Shown: positions 1-10,139 of the stretch, piece after piece
Position numbering within the stretch: position 1 is the stretch's first letter
How the letters are laid out: every line of letters begins with the position of its first letter
From: an archaeon
GTDB lineage: Archaea; Thermoproteota; Thermoprotei; Thermofilales; JAPDKD01
DNA: 42,125 nt
Reading direction: 5' to 3'
NCBI GenBank assembly: GCA_029258735.1
Contig: JAPDKD010000029.1
Coordinates: forward strand, 1-42,125
Notes under the pieces: generated by a model
The model's database searches: none
Seen by the model: only the letters and a program-made list of their open reading frames with translations
Told to the model about the DNA's origin: nothing
Translations under genes and position numbers: made by a program

Positions 1-21
1 TAGTCCAGCAAAAAAATACCT

Positions 22-885
22 ATGTATTTGGTGGCTGTTCAGCTTAAGCTTCATGAGACGGACCTCGAAAGCATAATAAACTATAGGAGAAAAATCGAAG
101 CGACTTTCGAGGAAATATGCTCAGAAATAGGAAGCGGCAATGCGTTGGTTGCTTTCCCTGAACATATAGGCACGTTCATCTATCATATATTATTAAAGAA
201 AAAGAAGATATTGACAGCGTCGCTACTTAAGGCTTCACTACTATTCCTATATAATCTGCCTAGCCGCCCGCATCCTCTGTCAGCTTTGATAACCGCACTT
301 AGCAGTAAAGCATTATCAATTTACCGGGAAATATTTTGTTCTAACGCAGAGAAATACAGCTACAACGTTGCAGCTGGAAGCACGCTTCTTCCAATGCACG
401 GTAAAGTGTACAATGCAGCATATCTTTTTGACAAGACGGGAAGAGTGGTTCTGATTCAGAAAAAGGTTCACTTGGTAGATTTTGAGGCGAAAAGCCTTCA
501 CCTCTCCTGCGGCTCGATCAGAGAGTTAAAGGTAGCTGAAATATGCGGCAAAAGGGTTGGCGTAGCCGTATGCTACGACGCCTTCTTCAACGACGTAATG
601 GCGAGGCTCGACGAATTGAGGGCTGAAGTACTTGTCCAGCCCTCCGCAAACCCCGAAGTGTGGGACGAAAGGCTAGAGAAGGAATGGCCTAGAGGCTGCT
701 TAGAGCATCTTTGCAAGAGTAAATATGGCCGAGCATGTGTTAATCCGATGCTTGTGGGAGATGCCGCTAAAATGCATTTTGAAGGGAAAAGCTCGATTGC
801 CGTTAAAGACGAGGATGGATGCAGGTACGTTGAAAGAATTGAGGATCCGCGGGCGGAAGGCTTCATCGTTGTTGAACTGCCTTAA
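22..885 (+). CDS. Carbon-nitrogen hydrolase (nitrilase superfamily) protein
   Basis: N-terminal VAVQL; catalytic triad motifs AFPE (Glu), QKKVHL (Lys), VAVCYDAFF (Cys); YNAAYLFD and LVQPSAN. Confidence 0.88.
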   Translation: MYLVAVQLKLHETDLESIINYRRKIEATFEEICSEIGSGNALVAFPEHIGTFIYHILLKKKKILTASLLKASLLFLYNLPSRPHPLSALITALSSKALSIYREIFCSNAEKYSYNVAAGSTLLPMHGKVYNAAYLFDKTGRVVLIQKKVHLVDFEAKSLHLSCGSIRELKVAEICGKRVGVAVCYDAFFNDVMARLDELRAEVLVQPSANPEVWDERLEKEWPRGCLEHLCKSKYGRACVNPMLVGDAAKMHFEGKSSIAVKDEDGCRYVERIEDPRAEGFIVVELP

Positions 886-956
886 CTGTCAGGTTTATCT
901 CGGAGGCGCGTGCTGCTTTTAAGCTTCGTGTAGAAAGAGTATGTGGAGGGTGGGCG

Positions 957-2255
957 ATGGTTCTTGAATTTCGCAGGTATAGGGACGGCGATGAAGTTGG
1001 AATTGTTGAGACGATGAATTCTGCTTTTGAGACGTTTAGGCAGTGGGGTTTAACCAGCGATATTTGGTTAGAGCTTACTCGGAGAGATTACGGGTTTAGG
1101 CGGGACCTGGCTTTAGTAGCTGAGGAAAACGGGAAGATAGTCGGGCATGTGCAGCTGGTTTTAAGGAAGCTTAGATATGGCTGTGCCGTATTTACTACTG
1201 GAGGCATAGCAAATGTCTCGACTAGGCCGGAGCATAGGGGTAGGGGAATTGCGACTAGGCTTATGAGCCTGGCTGTGGAGACGTGCCGCGAAGAAGGCAT
1301 CCCTATATCATCGCTTTGGACGGGGTTTCTGAGCCCTGCCCACCACATATACAGGAAGCTGGGCTATGTTGACACTTTTTCGCCTTACAGCTTTGGCGCT
1401 CATCTTCTAGAGGTTAAGGAAGCCTTGAAACTATTAGGAGGAAACGGCGTGGAAGTGCGTGAGCTTCAAAGCGCCGACCTAGATGAGATACGGAAAATAT
1501 ACGCGTTGTTTACTGAGGGGTGGATCGGGCCTGGAGTAAGAGACGTGGAATACGTGAGGAACAAGTTCACTGACAAGCAGTTTTATCATACCTTCTTCTA
1601 CGATGAACCCGAAAACTTTGTCAGGCTGGTCAGCGTTGACGGCGGAAAAGTGACCGGTTATGTGATTGCAGCATTCGGAGGCAAGCTGTCTCGCCGCTAT
1701 GGAGACCCGTATGCTGGCTCTGTGCTGGAAGCCATAGCCTTAGATGAGAAGTCCCTACGCTGTTTGATGCAATCCGCACTTCAGGAGCTGTTAGAGGCTG
1801 GAGCAAAAAAGGTTTGGGTAAACGCTCCGGATATTCCGCTGTATCGGCGCCTCCTTCCCGAGTTTAGGAAAGTTGGAGGGCAGGGTACCTATATGGATAA
1901 GATAATAGACCTGCCAGCTCTGCTGGAGCAGGTTAAGAACGAGTTAGAGCGACGTCTAATAGAGAGGGGGGTTAGTGTGTCAACAAGTATAAAGTTGGCT
2001 GTCGACTCGGGCAGCGCCGCGCTTAAGATCGAAGACGATAGCATCACCGTCAGTAGGGAAGACTCGTCTCCCAGTTGTATTTCTCTCAGCGATAGGAATT
2101 TCCTCAAAATGTTCTACGGAGTTGAGTCTTTCGAGGAGCTTCTGCAGAGGCGGGCTGTGCGCTCGCTAAAACTGGCCAGCGGTATGGAGCTGGAAATACT
2201 GTCCACGCTCTTCCCGAAGAACTTATTCTACGTATGGCCTCTAGACCACTGGTAG
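957..2255 (+). CDS. Eis-like GNAT N-acetyltransferase (tandem GNAT plus SCP2-like C-terminal domain)
   Basis: GGIANVSTRPEHRGRGIATRLM acetyl-CoA motif A; IYRKLGY; ~430 aa; C-terminal DHW end typical of Eis-like proteins; GGAGG/GGTGG upstream of ATG. Confidence 0.82.
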   Translation: MVLEFRRYRDGDEVGIVETMNSAFETFRQWGLTSDIWLELTRRDYGFRRDLALVAEENGKIVGHVQLVLRKLRYGCAVFTTGGIANVSTRPEHRGRGIATRLMSLAVETCREEGIPISSLWTGFLSPAHHIYRKLGYVDTFSPYSFGAHLLEVKEALKLLGGNGVEVRELQSADLDEIRKIYALFTEGWIGPGVRDVEYVRNKFTDKQFYHTFFYDEPENFVRLVSVDGGKVTGYVIAAFGGKLSRRYGDPYAGSVLEAIALDEKSLRCLMQSALQELLEAGAKKVWVNAPDIPLYRRLLPEFRKVGGQGTYMDKIIDLPALLEQVKNELERRLIERGVSVSTSIKLAVDSGSAALKIEDDSITVSREDSSPSCISLSDRNFLKMFYGVESFEELLQRRAVRSLKLASGMELEILSTLFPKNLFYVWPLDHW

Positions 2256-2263
2256 CGAATGTA

Positions 2264-3730
2264 TTACCTGCGGAAATATCCTTTCTTTTTTTGTATCCTC
2301 CTTATGCCGCCTCTCAGGCTGTATGCCTTAAACCCCTTCTCCCTCATTAGGCGTGCTGCTTCGAGACTGAGCGCGCCCTCGTCACATACTAGCACATAGG
2401 TCTTATTTTTATCCAGCTTATTGAGGAGCATCGGTAGCTCCATGAAGTCTATATTCAGCGAATTTTTCAGGTGCCATCTGCCATATTTTGAGGACGGCCT
2501 TAGGTCTAAGATAACCGCGTTTTGGGGTATTTCATCGACCTCGTACTTTTCAGTCAGCTTGGGCATCGCAGCGCTTCTAAGGTCTATGACTTTAGCGCTT
2601 TGAACGGCTTTTCTCAAGATTTCTCCGCTTATCTTCTCTTCTTCTCTTTCAACCTCGTCAAGCGAGGCATGAGTCTTCGGGTGCTCCGCGAACGCGCCGC
2701 AGTATTCCTTCACTAGAAGCGAGAATCGGTAAGTGCCTATCCTCTCCGCCTCTGCTACTATTTCGTCTTTATCTAGCCCTATGAGAGGTCTGTATATTGG
2801 CGCGCGTACAGCTAGTGAGGAAACGTAGAGGTTTCTAAGGGTTTGAGAAGCCACTTGGCCGAGAACTTCCCCAGTCACTATTCCCTCTGCTCCAGTTTTT
2901 TCAGCGATCATTTCAGCTGCCCTATACATGTACCTCTTCAGCAGGACGTTCAGAAGCGACAGCTCAGTTTTCGTCCTAAGCTCGTAGAGAAACTCTCTGA
3001 AGTCCACAACGTAGAGCTTCGGCCTGTATCCGTAGCTCCACTTGTCCGCTAAAACCTTAAGGACAGACAGCACCGCTGCTTCAGCGGCCTCGCCGGCCAA
3101 GTTGCAAAAGACGTAGTCTACCCTTGCGCCCCGCCTCATCATGTACCACGCTGCTACAGGTGAGTCTATTCCCCCGGAAACAAGTGCAACGACTCTTCCC
3201 TCGGATCCTAGAGGAAGGCCGCCGCAGCATTTCTTAACTTCAGTAAAGAGGTAGGCGCGTTTCTCCCTTATCTCCACGAACACTTCTGCCTCAGGTTTTT
3301 TCAAATCTACTCCCCGCGAAAGGGGGTACAGCGCGTCTCCGAGCTTTTTCGCCACGTCCATTGAAGTGAAGCTGTGGCTGCCCCTCCTCCTAACGCGTAC
3401 GGCGAACTTCTTGCCTTTTACGTGCTCCGCGAAAATGTCGCGTGCCTTTTTCACCAGCTCGTCCAGAGTGTCGAACTCGACCTCGAGAGCTGCGGATAGC
3501 GACTTTATGCCGAAAACCCTGCAAACCTGTTCTGCGGCTTTTTCTGCATCGTCCGTGTAAATGTATATTCTCCCCGGCTCAGCCTTAATCTCAAATGAGA
3601 TTTTTGCCGAACCTAGAGAATCCTTAATGTTACTTAGGAGAAGTTTCTCGAATAGGCGGCGAGTTTTCCTTCCCTTTATTGTAAGCTCTCCGGGCCTAAC
3701 TAAAACAATTCTCCTTATCTGCTCGTCCAT
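2264..3730 (-). CDS. thiI: tRNA 4-thiouridine(8) synthase ThiI with C-terminal rhodanese domain
   Basis: RPGELTIKG N-terminus, THUMP domain, PP-loop LVSGGIDSPVA, TGEVLGQVASQT, RPLIGLDK, EYCG; rhodanese LVCDEG. Confidence 0.95.
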   Translation of the reverse strand: MDEQIRRIVLVRPGELTIKGRKTRRLFEKLLLSNIKDSLGSAKISFEIKAEPGRIYIYTDDAEKAAEQVCRVFGIKSLSAALEVEFDTLDELVKKARDIFAEHVKGKKFAVRVRRRGSHSFTSMDVAKKLGDALYPLSRGVDLKKPEAEVFVEIREKRAYLFTEVKKCCGGLPLGSEGRVVALVSGGIDSPVAAWYMMRRGARVDYVFCNLAGEAAEAAVLSVLKVLADKWSYGYRPKLYVVDFREFLYELRTKTELSLLNVLLKRYMYRAAEMIAEKTGAEGIVTGEVLGQVASQTLRNLYVSSLAVRAPIYRPLIGLDKDEIVAEAERIGTYRFSLLVKEYCGAFAEHPKTHASLDEVEREEEKISGEILRKAVQSAKVIDLRSAAMPKLTEKYEVDEIPQNAVILDLRPSSKYGRWHLKNSLNIDFMELPMLLNKLDKNKTYVLVCDEGALSLEAARLMREKGFKAYSLRGGIRRIQKKKGYFRR

Positions 3731-3769
3731 TACTAGATAGACACCTAGACGTAAACGCTTCGACGAATA

Positions 3770-4654
3770 TTAAATGGCTTCTCTGATCTGTTGCAGTCCT
3801 CTGAGTATCGCTTCTGCCACGGAGACTTTAGATATAGGGGAAGGCACGGAATCGGTTGCAGCGGCCTCCTTTACACCTTCATGATATATTCTGTCCAGAG
3901 CGCCCTTAACCAACAGCGCGTGAGTGCAGGCAACGTAAACGTTTGCGGCCCCCATTTTAAGCATGCTTCTAGCTGCCAGGGCTATCGTGCCTCCAGTGCT
4001 TATAATATCGTCTATTATCAGGACGTTCTTTCCGCTTACATCAATCTCCTTGGGAGAAATCGCAACCTCACCCGTCACTCTGTCTCTGGTCTTCTCCAAG
4101 TAGTCGTAGCTTAAGCCTAGAACCTTGGCCGCCTCCTCTGCGCGGTGAAGAGCCCCCTTATCCGGAGCTAAAACTACTCCCTGACCGAGCTTAACGCGGA
4201 AGTAGTCTGCGAGCTCTTTCACTGGCAGTACGTTTACGTGAGGTATGCTGAGCCACTCGTCTAGGCTGCGTGGTTGATGAATATCGACGGTCACCAGAGC
4301 GTCAGCTCCAGCTGTTTCAAGCCCCCGAAGAACTATCGAAACTGTTATGGGCTCACCTTCCAGGAAGCGTTTATCCTGGCGAGCATAGGCGACGTAAGGT
4401 ATTGCAACTACGACTCTATCTGCCCCCGCGCCTTTAGCTGCGTCTATAGCCATTAGTAGCTTCATGTAGGCAACGTCTTGGGGGGCGTAGAGAGAGTGCA
4501 CTATTAACGTAGTGCCTCCAAGTTTTTCGGGTATTCGCAGGTAAGATTCACCGTCCGGAAAAGTTTTTTCCTCAGCCCTAACCAAGCGCGCGCCAAGCTT
4601 TTCAGCCAACTTAGCCGCTATGCCATTCGAAAAGGAAGTTGCCACGACAAACAT
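3770..4654 (-). CDS. prs: Ribose-phosphate pyrophosphokinase
   Basis: FPDGE, PYVAYARQDK, VDIH, LAPDKGA, IIDDIISTGGT. Confidence 0.96.
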   Translation of the reverse strand: MFVVATSFSNGIAAKLAEKLGARLVRAEEKTFPDGESYLRIPEKLGGTTLIVHSLYAPQDVAYMKLLMAIDAAKGAGADRVVVAIPYVAYARQDKRFLEGEPITVSIVLRGLETAGADALVTVDIHQPRSLDEWLSIPHVNVLPVKELADYFRVKLGQGVVLAPDKGALHRAEEAAKVLGLSYDYLEKTRDRVTGEVAISPKEIDVSGKNVLIIDDIISTGGTIALAARSMLKMGAANVYVACTHALLVKGALDRIYHEGVKEAAATDSVPSPISKVSVAEAILRGLQQIREAI

Positions 4655-4745
4655 AGCTTCACCACATCAATACATTAAAGCCAGCAGTAATAAAGCTCCC
4701 CTTAGCCTAAAGACTTAAAAACAGTGACTCGCATTTGTCTCTGTC

Positions 4746-5462
4746 ATGTCAAGACACCTAAAAAGCCGTGACCTAGCCTTAGCCTCTATCTTCGCTGCAC
4801 TTTACGTCGTCACCTCGACCATTCCAGGAATAAGGCTACCCATGCTGCCGAAAATTAGCATCCAAGTTGAGGCGCTACTGGCTACGCTCTTCGGCGTTAT
4901 TCTAGGCCCTTACCTCGGCTCTCTCTCAACGTTGCTCGGCGTCTTCTTGGCGTGGCTGCTACCTCCCGGCACTCCAAAAATAACCGGACTCGTTTTCATG
5001 CTAGCGCCCCCATCAAACGCCTTGGTCTCAGGACTTCTCTATAAGGGTAGAAATAAAGAGGCAGCTGCTATCCTTCTCGCTGGGCTTGTAGTCATGTCGC
5101 TCTCACCGATCTTTTCCCCACTGACCTCGCACTGGCTTGTCTATATTCTAGCAGTATATGACAAGGTCGTTGCGGTCGCAGCCGCTATTACTTACGGCTA
5201 CATTAAGAAAAAGCTTAGGCGCGGCCTGGCTTCTTACGTGGTGCTCGGCTTTGTAGGCATAGAAGCCGACAATATCACGGGCAATGCGGTGTTTTCTCTA
5301 CCCTTTATATATGGCGGCGTCTTCGGGCTTCCAGAGAGCATAATAAGGGGCATATATGTGGCCGAAGCTGTCACAGTTCCTCTTCTAAGGGTCGTGCAGA
5401 GCCTCTTGGCCGGAATCCTAGTCTACTCCGTCCTAAAGGTGGTAAAAATTGTTAGGAAATGA
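4746..5462 (+). CDS. Putative ECF transporter substrate-specific (S) component
   Basis: About 6-7 hydrophobic helices; DLALASIFAALY N-terminal AxxxA-type motif and GVILGPYLG pattern typical of S components. Confidence 0.65.
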   Translation: MSRHLKSRDLALASIFAALYVVTSTIPGIRLPMLPKISIQVEALLATLFGVILGPYLGSLSTLLGVFLAWLLPPGTPKITGLVFMLAPPSNALVSGLLYKGRNKEAAAILLAGLVVMSLSPIFSPLTSHWLVYILAVYDKVVAVAAAITYGYIKKKLRRGLASYVVLGFVGIEADNITGNAVFSLPFIYGGVFGLPESIIRGIYVAEAVTVPLLRVVQSLLAGILVYSVLKVVKIVRK

Positions 5463-6324
5463 CTTGCAAGACTGTTAAAAGCACGGGCAGCACTACAATA
5501 GATACGAAGATAGTAAGCCCCATAACTATCCTGGCCACTTCCTTCGCGTCCATTCCTAGCTCGTTTGCTAGGGCAACGTTTGAAATAGCTGGCGAAGAAA
5601 GGGCCTCCAGCAGCAGTACGTAGAGAGGCACTGACGATATTCTGTATACCGTTGCGACTATGGCTGTTAACGTTAACGATATGGCTACGCGCGAAAAATA
5701 TATCGACAAGTCCTTGGGGTTAAACTTCATTTCGCGGGAGAAATCTATTCCGAGTAGAAGTATAGCTAAGATAGGCGCGGCCTCCCCCACCTCGGAAGCC
5801 AGCCTCACAGCGTCCTCCGGTATTTGTAGGCTAAACGCGGTTGCGAGAAGAGCTGCGAGAATAGCGTAAAGCGGAGGGAACTTCATAAGCCTTCTCAGGG
5901 ACTTTTTCAGCGGCTCACGGATTAACAAAGGGGCCAACACGTTAGAGGTTGTTACGCTTCCAAGCATGTAGAAAGCAACATAGGTTACGCCCTCAGCTCC
6001 CCACACCGAGTAGGCTATCGGGATAGGTAGATAGCCCGCATTTGGCTTCATAGCCACAAGAGTATATTCCGGTTTTTTAGTAGCCAAGTAGAAAACAAAC
6101 GCCGTCACCACAACCGAGGCAACCGCCGTGAGAGTTAGCAGGCTTCCCTGCCCCAGGGCCTGTCCATAAATGGAGGCAAAAAGAAGAAAGGGAAAGAGAA
6201 TATTGATTACAATGCTGGAAATCACCTTAGACTCGCGCTCGTCGGGCTTCACCGTCAAGCCGTATATTAGCCCAAGGCTCAGCGGTACGTAGAGCTTGAG
6301 CAAGGCATAGATTACGGAGTACAA
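5452..6324 (-). CDS. AEC (auxin efflux carrier / malate permease) family transporter
   Basis: About 10 TM segments; PNAGYLPIP, FPPLYA, SSPAIS motifs; TTG start with GGAGG upstream. Confidence 0.8.
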   Translation of the reverse strand: MYSVIYALLKLYVPLSLGLIYGLTVKPDERESKVISSIVINILFPFLLFASIYGQALGQGSLLTLTAVASVVVTAFVFYLATKKPEYTLVAMKPNAGYLPIPIAYSVWGAEGVTYVAFYMLGSVTTSNVLAPLLIREPLKKSLRRLMKFPPLYAILAALLATAFSLQIPEDAVRLASEVGEAAPILAILLLGIDFSREMKFNPKDLSIYFSRVAISLTLTAIVATVYRISSVPLYVLLLEALSSPAISNVALANELGMDAKEVARIVMGLTIFVSIVVLPVLLTVLQVIS

Positions 6325-6340
6325 AAAATCTACCTCCTAG

Positions 6341-7867
6341 TCAGAGAGGAGGGATTTTTCTTCCATATTTACGGGCGAAGCGCACCGAGGGAATATACGT
6401 GTCCATGCGATTTGCCTTCACCATATCGAGCCGACCAACAGACGTGTTAACTGGACGTTTTTTAACGTTCTCCGGCTGCTCACGCGCCTCTCTACTTATC
6501 TCAGCTAGAACACGAGCATAATAATCTATAGCCTCCTTAGGCTCCGACTCAGTAAACTCTATCATGAGAGCCTCCTCAACTATAGGCGGAAAATATATGG
6601 TTGGCGCATGCACCCCATAGTCGAGCAAAGCTTTAGCTACATCTTCCGCCGTAACCACATAGTCTCTAGCCAAGGGCTTAGCCGAGAGCACTACCTCGTG
6701 CTTCCTAGGCACGCCAGCAGCATAGGGTATATCGTAACCCTCTACCTCCTTCATCCTACTGATGAAATAGTTTGTGGCAAGCACAGCCTGCTCCGTAGCC
6801 TTCTTAAGCCCCTCACCGCCCATGCTCAGAATATAGATGTAAGCCTTGATTAGGGGCACTATATTGCCATAGTAGGCCCTCACCATGCCTATCGAGTGCT
6901 TCACGCTATAGTCCCAGTAGTACTTCTCCCCGTCGTAAGCTATCAGCGGCACCGGGAGATAATTCACGAGCTCGCCTTTGGCCAAAACCACGCCCGCACC
7001 CGGACCCCCGCCGCCGTGAGGCGACGCGAAAGTCTTGTGCAGATTCAGGTGTACAATGTCGAAGCCCATGTCCCCCGGCCTCGCGTAGCCCATTATCCCG
7101 TTAAGGTTTGCTCCATCATAGTAAAGCAGGCCTCCAGCATCATGGACAATGCGGGAAATCTCCAGGATATCCTTCTCGAAAAGCCCTAGCGTGTTCGGAT
7201 TGGTCAACATGATACCTGCGGTCCTCTCTGACACCGCAGCTTCAAGCGCTTCCAAGTCAACGTAACCGTCCCGGCTCGGTATAGTTATCACTTTGAAACC
7301 AGCCATAGCAGCGCTAGCAAAGTTCGTCCCGTGAGCCGAGTCCGGTATAAGCATTTCGTCCCTCTTCTCGCCCCTATTCTCATGATAAGCCCTTATCATT
7401 AAAACTCCGGTGAGTTCTCCGTGCGCTCCCGCTGAGGGTTGCAGCGAGCCGCGGTCCATACCTGTGATCTCGGCCAGCCACCTCTCAAGCCAGTATAGAA
7501 CCTCCAGCAAGCCCTGAACGGTCTCCTCCGGCTGCTCCGGGTGCACATACAAAAGCTTGCTCAGAAGCGGGTTGTGCTCACTGATTTTAGGGTTATACTT
7601 CATGGTGCAAGAACCCAGGGGGTACGTTCCCGAATCAACGCCCCAGTTCATCTGAGAAAGACGGGTAAAATGCCTGACCACTTCCACCTCGCTGACCTCG
7701 GGAAGCTCTATCCGACGCCTAGCCATGCCCGGAGGAACAAGCTCGCCCACATCCACGATTCCCGCGTCATCTTCCTCAAAGCTGGGCGCCGCGAACCCTC
7801 TTCTCCCCTCCCTCGAAAGCTCATATATCAGGAGCTCCCTCCACTTAGCCTGCCTAAACGTCGCCAA
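6341..7867 (-). CDS. gcvPB: Glycine dehydrogenase (decarboxylating) subunit 2
   Basis: YPLGSCTMKYNP, QPSAGAHGE, PDSAHGTN, HLNLHKTF (PLP Lys), PHGGGGPG; start placed at TTG 7867 behind GGAGGAGG (ORF track extends to 7951). Confidence 0.95.
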   Translation of the reverse strand: MATFRQAKWRELLIYELSREGRRGFAAPSFEEDDAGIVDVGELVPPGMARRRIELPEVSEVEVVRHFTRLSQMNWGVDSGTYPLGSCTMKYNPKISEHNPLLSKLLYVHPEQPEETVQGLLEVLYWLERWLAEITGMDRGSLQPSAGAHGELTGVLMIRAYHENRGEKRDEMLIPDSAHGTNFASAAMAGFKVITIPSRDGYVDLEALEAAVSERTAGIMLTNPNTLGLFEKDILEISRIVHDAGGLLYYDGANLNGIMGYARPGDMGFDIVHLNLHKTFASPHGGGGPGAGVVLAKGELVNYLPVPLIAYDGEKYYWDYSVKHSIGMVRAYYGNIVPLIKAYIYILSMGGEGLKKATEQAVLATNYFISRMKEVEGYDIPYAAGVPRKHEVVLSAKPLARDYVVTAEDVAKALLDYGVHAPTIYFPPIVEEALMIEFTESEPKEAIDYYARVLAEISREAREQPENVKKRPVNTSVGRLDMVKANRMDTYIPSVRFARKYGRKIPPL

Positions 7868-9233
7868 CCACCTCCTCCAGAGCCTCGACAAGCCTATCAA
7901 TGTCCGCCCTACTATGTATCTCGGTAACCGCAACCATGAAAGACTCCCCAAGCTTAGGCAAGCGAGTCACCACGGGGCCCACCAGTATATCCTTCGCGAG
8001 AAGTTTCCTCCGAACCTCCTCCGCGGACAAGAGTTCGGAGCGAACCGCAAAGCTCTTAAAGAAATATCTCCCCACGGCTGGCGCCCTAAAGCCTTCTATC
8101 CTGTTTATCTGCGAAGCAGCGTAGCGAGCACGAACCGCAATCGTTCGAGACAGCTCCCTAAGGCCAGAAGAACCGAGAAGGGAAAGGTAAACAGCCGCCG
8201 CTAGCGCGCAAAGCGCCTGATTAGTGCAAATATTAGATGTAGCCCGCTCCCTCCTAATATGCTGCTCCCTAGTCTGCAAAATCATCGCGAAACCCCTCTC
8301 GCCCCGCATGGAGGTAGTCATCCCTATAAGGCGTCCCGGCAGCTGCCTCACAAGCCTCCTCTCCCCCCTCACCCCAAAGAAGCCTAGAAGCGGGCCTCCA
8401 TAGTTAAGCCCGAGCCCCAAAGGCTGCCCCTCCCCAACCGCGATGTCGGCGCCATAGTCTCCGGGAGGACGTATAAGCCCCAGAGACAGGGGATCCACGC
8501 CAGCAACCAAGAGAGCCCCATGAGAGTGGCATAAGCTGCTTATCTCGTCCACCTGCTCCTCAATCGGCCCGTAGAAGTAGGGAACCTCGACGTAGACGGC
8601 CGCTGCGTCGTCGTCCAGCTTCCTTTTCAGATCGCCTATGTCGAGCAGGCCGCTGTCAGCCCCGTTCTCCACGGTTACCAGCTCCAGCCCCTGAGCCTTC
8701 ACAATGGTCTCCGCGACCTTCAAGTAGCAGGGGTTAGCGAACTCTGGCACCAAGATCTTCCGCCTGCGAGTGACGCGGGCAGCCATAAGGAAAGCCTCGG
8801 CGAGAGCGGTGCTACCATCATACATGCTCGCATTAACCACGTCCATCTCCAACAGGTCGGCCATAAGGCTCTGATACTCGAACAAGGCCTGAAGCATGCC
8901 CTGCGAAACCTCCGCCTGATAAGGCGTATAACTCGTGTAGAACTCGCTGCGCCCCACAATCTCGAGCACCACGGCCGGAACGTAATGCGGCGCCAAGCCA
9001 GCAGCGAAGCACAGCATCTCCAAGCAACTACTCACGCGGTCAGCCTTATCCGTCAGCAGCCTATACACTTCAGCCTCCGACAAGGGGCGGCCAGCGCCCA
9101 CCCTTAGAGGCCGCTTTAGCCGAACCTCATCTGGAATATCGCCGAAAAGCTCGGAGACGTCGCTTACGCCTACGGCTTCAAGCATCTCCCGCGTAACCCT
9201 ACCGTCAGAATTAGGAAGCCAAGGAAGTCCCAA
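7854..9233 (-). CDS. gcvPA: Glycine dehydrogenase (decarboxylating) subunit 1
   Basis: EFYTSYTPYQAEVSQG, NASMYDG, GEGQPLG, LQTREQHIRRERATSNICTNQAL; probable TTG start at 9233 after GGTGG (ORF track start 9281). Confidence 0.95.
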   Translation of the reverse strand: MGLPWLPNSDGRVTREMLEAVGVSDVSELFGDIPDEVRLKRPLRVGAGRPLSEAEVYRLLTDKADRVSSCLEMLCFAAGLAPHYVPAVVLEIVGRSEFYTSYTPYQAEVSQGMLQALFEYQSLMADLLEMDVVNASMYDGSTALAEAFLMAARVTRRRKILVPEFANPCYLKVAETIVKAQGLELVTVENGADSGLLDIGDLKRKLDDDAAAVYVEVPYFYGPIEEQVDEISSLCHSHGALLVAGVDPLSLGLIRPPGDYGADIAVGEGQPLGLGLNYGGPLLGFFGVRGERRLVRQLPGRLIGMTTSMRGERGFAMILQTREQHIRRERATSNICTNQALCALAAAVYLSLLGSSGLRELSRTIAVRARYAASQINRIEGFRAPAVGRYFFKSFAVRSELLSAEEVRRKLLAKDILVGPVVTRLPKLGESFMVAVTEIHSRADIDRLVEALEEVVGDV

Positions 9234-9313
9234 AAAACCACCAAGAACAAAAACACTAAGACAAAAATAAACATGCGCCATAAATCTTCCAACCAGCTAC
9301 TTCATGCATCGCC

Positions 9314-10027
9314 TTAGACTAATTCTACAGATACCTTCCACACTTCTATTCCAATTTTTTCCGCAGCTCTGGCTGCGTCTTTCTCTATTTTTAGTGCTAT
9401 GAGGACTATGCGGGCTACTTTTTCGCCTATGGTTTTCTCGTATGCTTGCGCCAGGCTTAGGGCTTGGCTTACTGCTTCGCGTCCAGCTTTTTCCTCTACC
9501 TCGACTATTACTGCGCCGTTTTCGTCCTCCATGATGAGGTCTATTTCTGCCTCGCCTTCTCCCGTGTCGACGCGTTTTTTAACGGCTTTTATGCGCCTGC
9601 ACCTTAGGAGCTCGGGGTGGTTAGCAAGGAGCACTAGTAGAGGTTCCTCGTAGAGGTGAGTGTATTCGCCTCCACGCGATATGAGCTCGGCGCCTTCCCT
9701 GGCGGATATGTAGCGTGTTCCCATCTGCTTGGGGTAGACGTCTACGAGCTTGCCCGCTCTGCATATTAGGAGTATGCAGGTGTTCTGGACATTGAGGCGG
9801 CCGCTCCTAGTAAGCGGCAAGGGTTTTCCGCGTCCGTACCTCACCTTGCCCCTGATCTGCGGTGGCAGGAGCCTTATCTGCGATATGACTTTCTCCTCGT
9901 CTATTTCGTCCCGCGAGGCTACTCTATATGGTATGCAGCTGTTTTCGAGCACACGAACAACGTCTTCCCAGCCTGGACCTCTGACAAGTATTACCTTTAC
10001 CCCGTCTTGTGATGAATGTGTCTTCAT
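9314..10027 (-). CDS. Hypothetical protein with C-terminal NucS-like PD-(D/E)xK nuclease-fold domain
   Basis: EIDLIMED..AVIVEVEEKAGREAVSQALSLAQAY resembles the NucS/RecB-family ID..E-x-K..Q..Y motif; GAGGAG RBS upstream. Confidence 0.55.
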   Translation of the reverse strand: MKTHSSQDGVKVILVRGPGWEDVVRVLENSCIPYRVASRDEIDEEKVISQIRLLPPQIRGKVRYGRGKPLPLTRSGRLNVQNTCILLICRAGKLVDVYPKQMGTRYISAREGAELISRGGEYTHLYEEPLLVLLANHPELLRCRRIKAVKKRVDTGEGEAEIDLIMEDENGAVIVEVEEKAGREAVSQALSLAQAYEKTIGEKVARIVLIALKIEKDAARAAEKIGIEVWKVSVELV

Positions 10028-10139
10028 TACTACTCCTCTTTTTCACTTTTAGGATAGCTGTAGCTATTTATTCTGTTGGCTTTCCCTGTACAAGCCTTAT
10101 AGTTATCTGGCAAAGAAAAGTAAACTAAAAATTTCGAGG

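Noticed and set aside
7868-7951. N-terminal extension of gcvPB in the ORF track
   Set aside because: Overlaps the gcvPA C-terminus; a TTG at 7867 with a GGAGGAGG RBS gives the normal N-terminus
6341-9233. gcvP genes without gcvT/gcvH
   Set aside because: Split glycine-cleavage genes are common in archaea, and the rest of the genome is not visible
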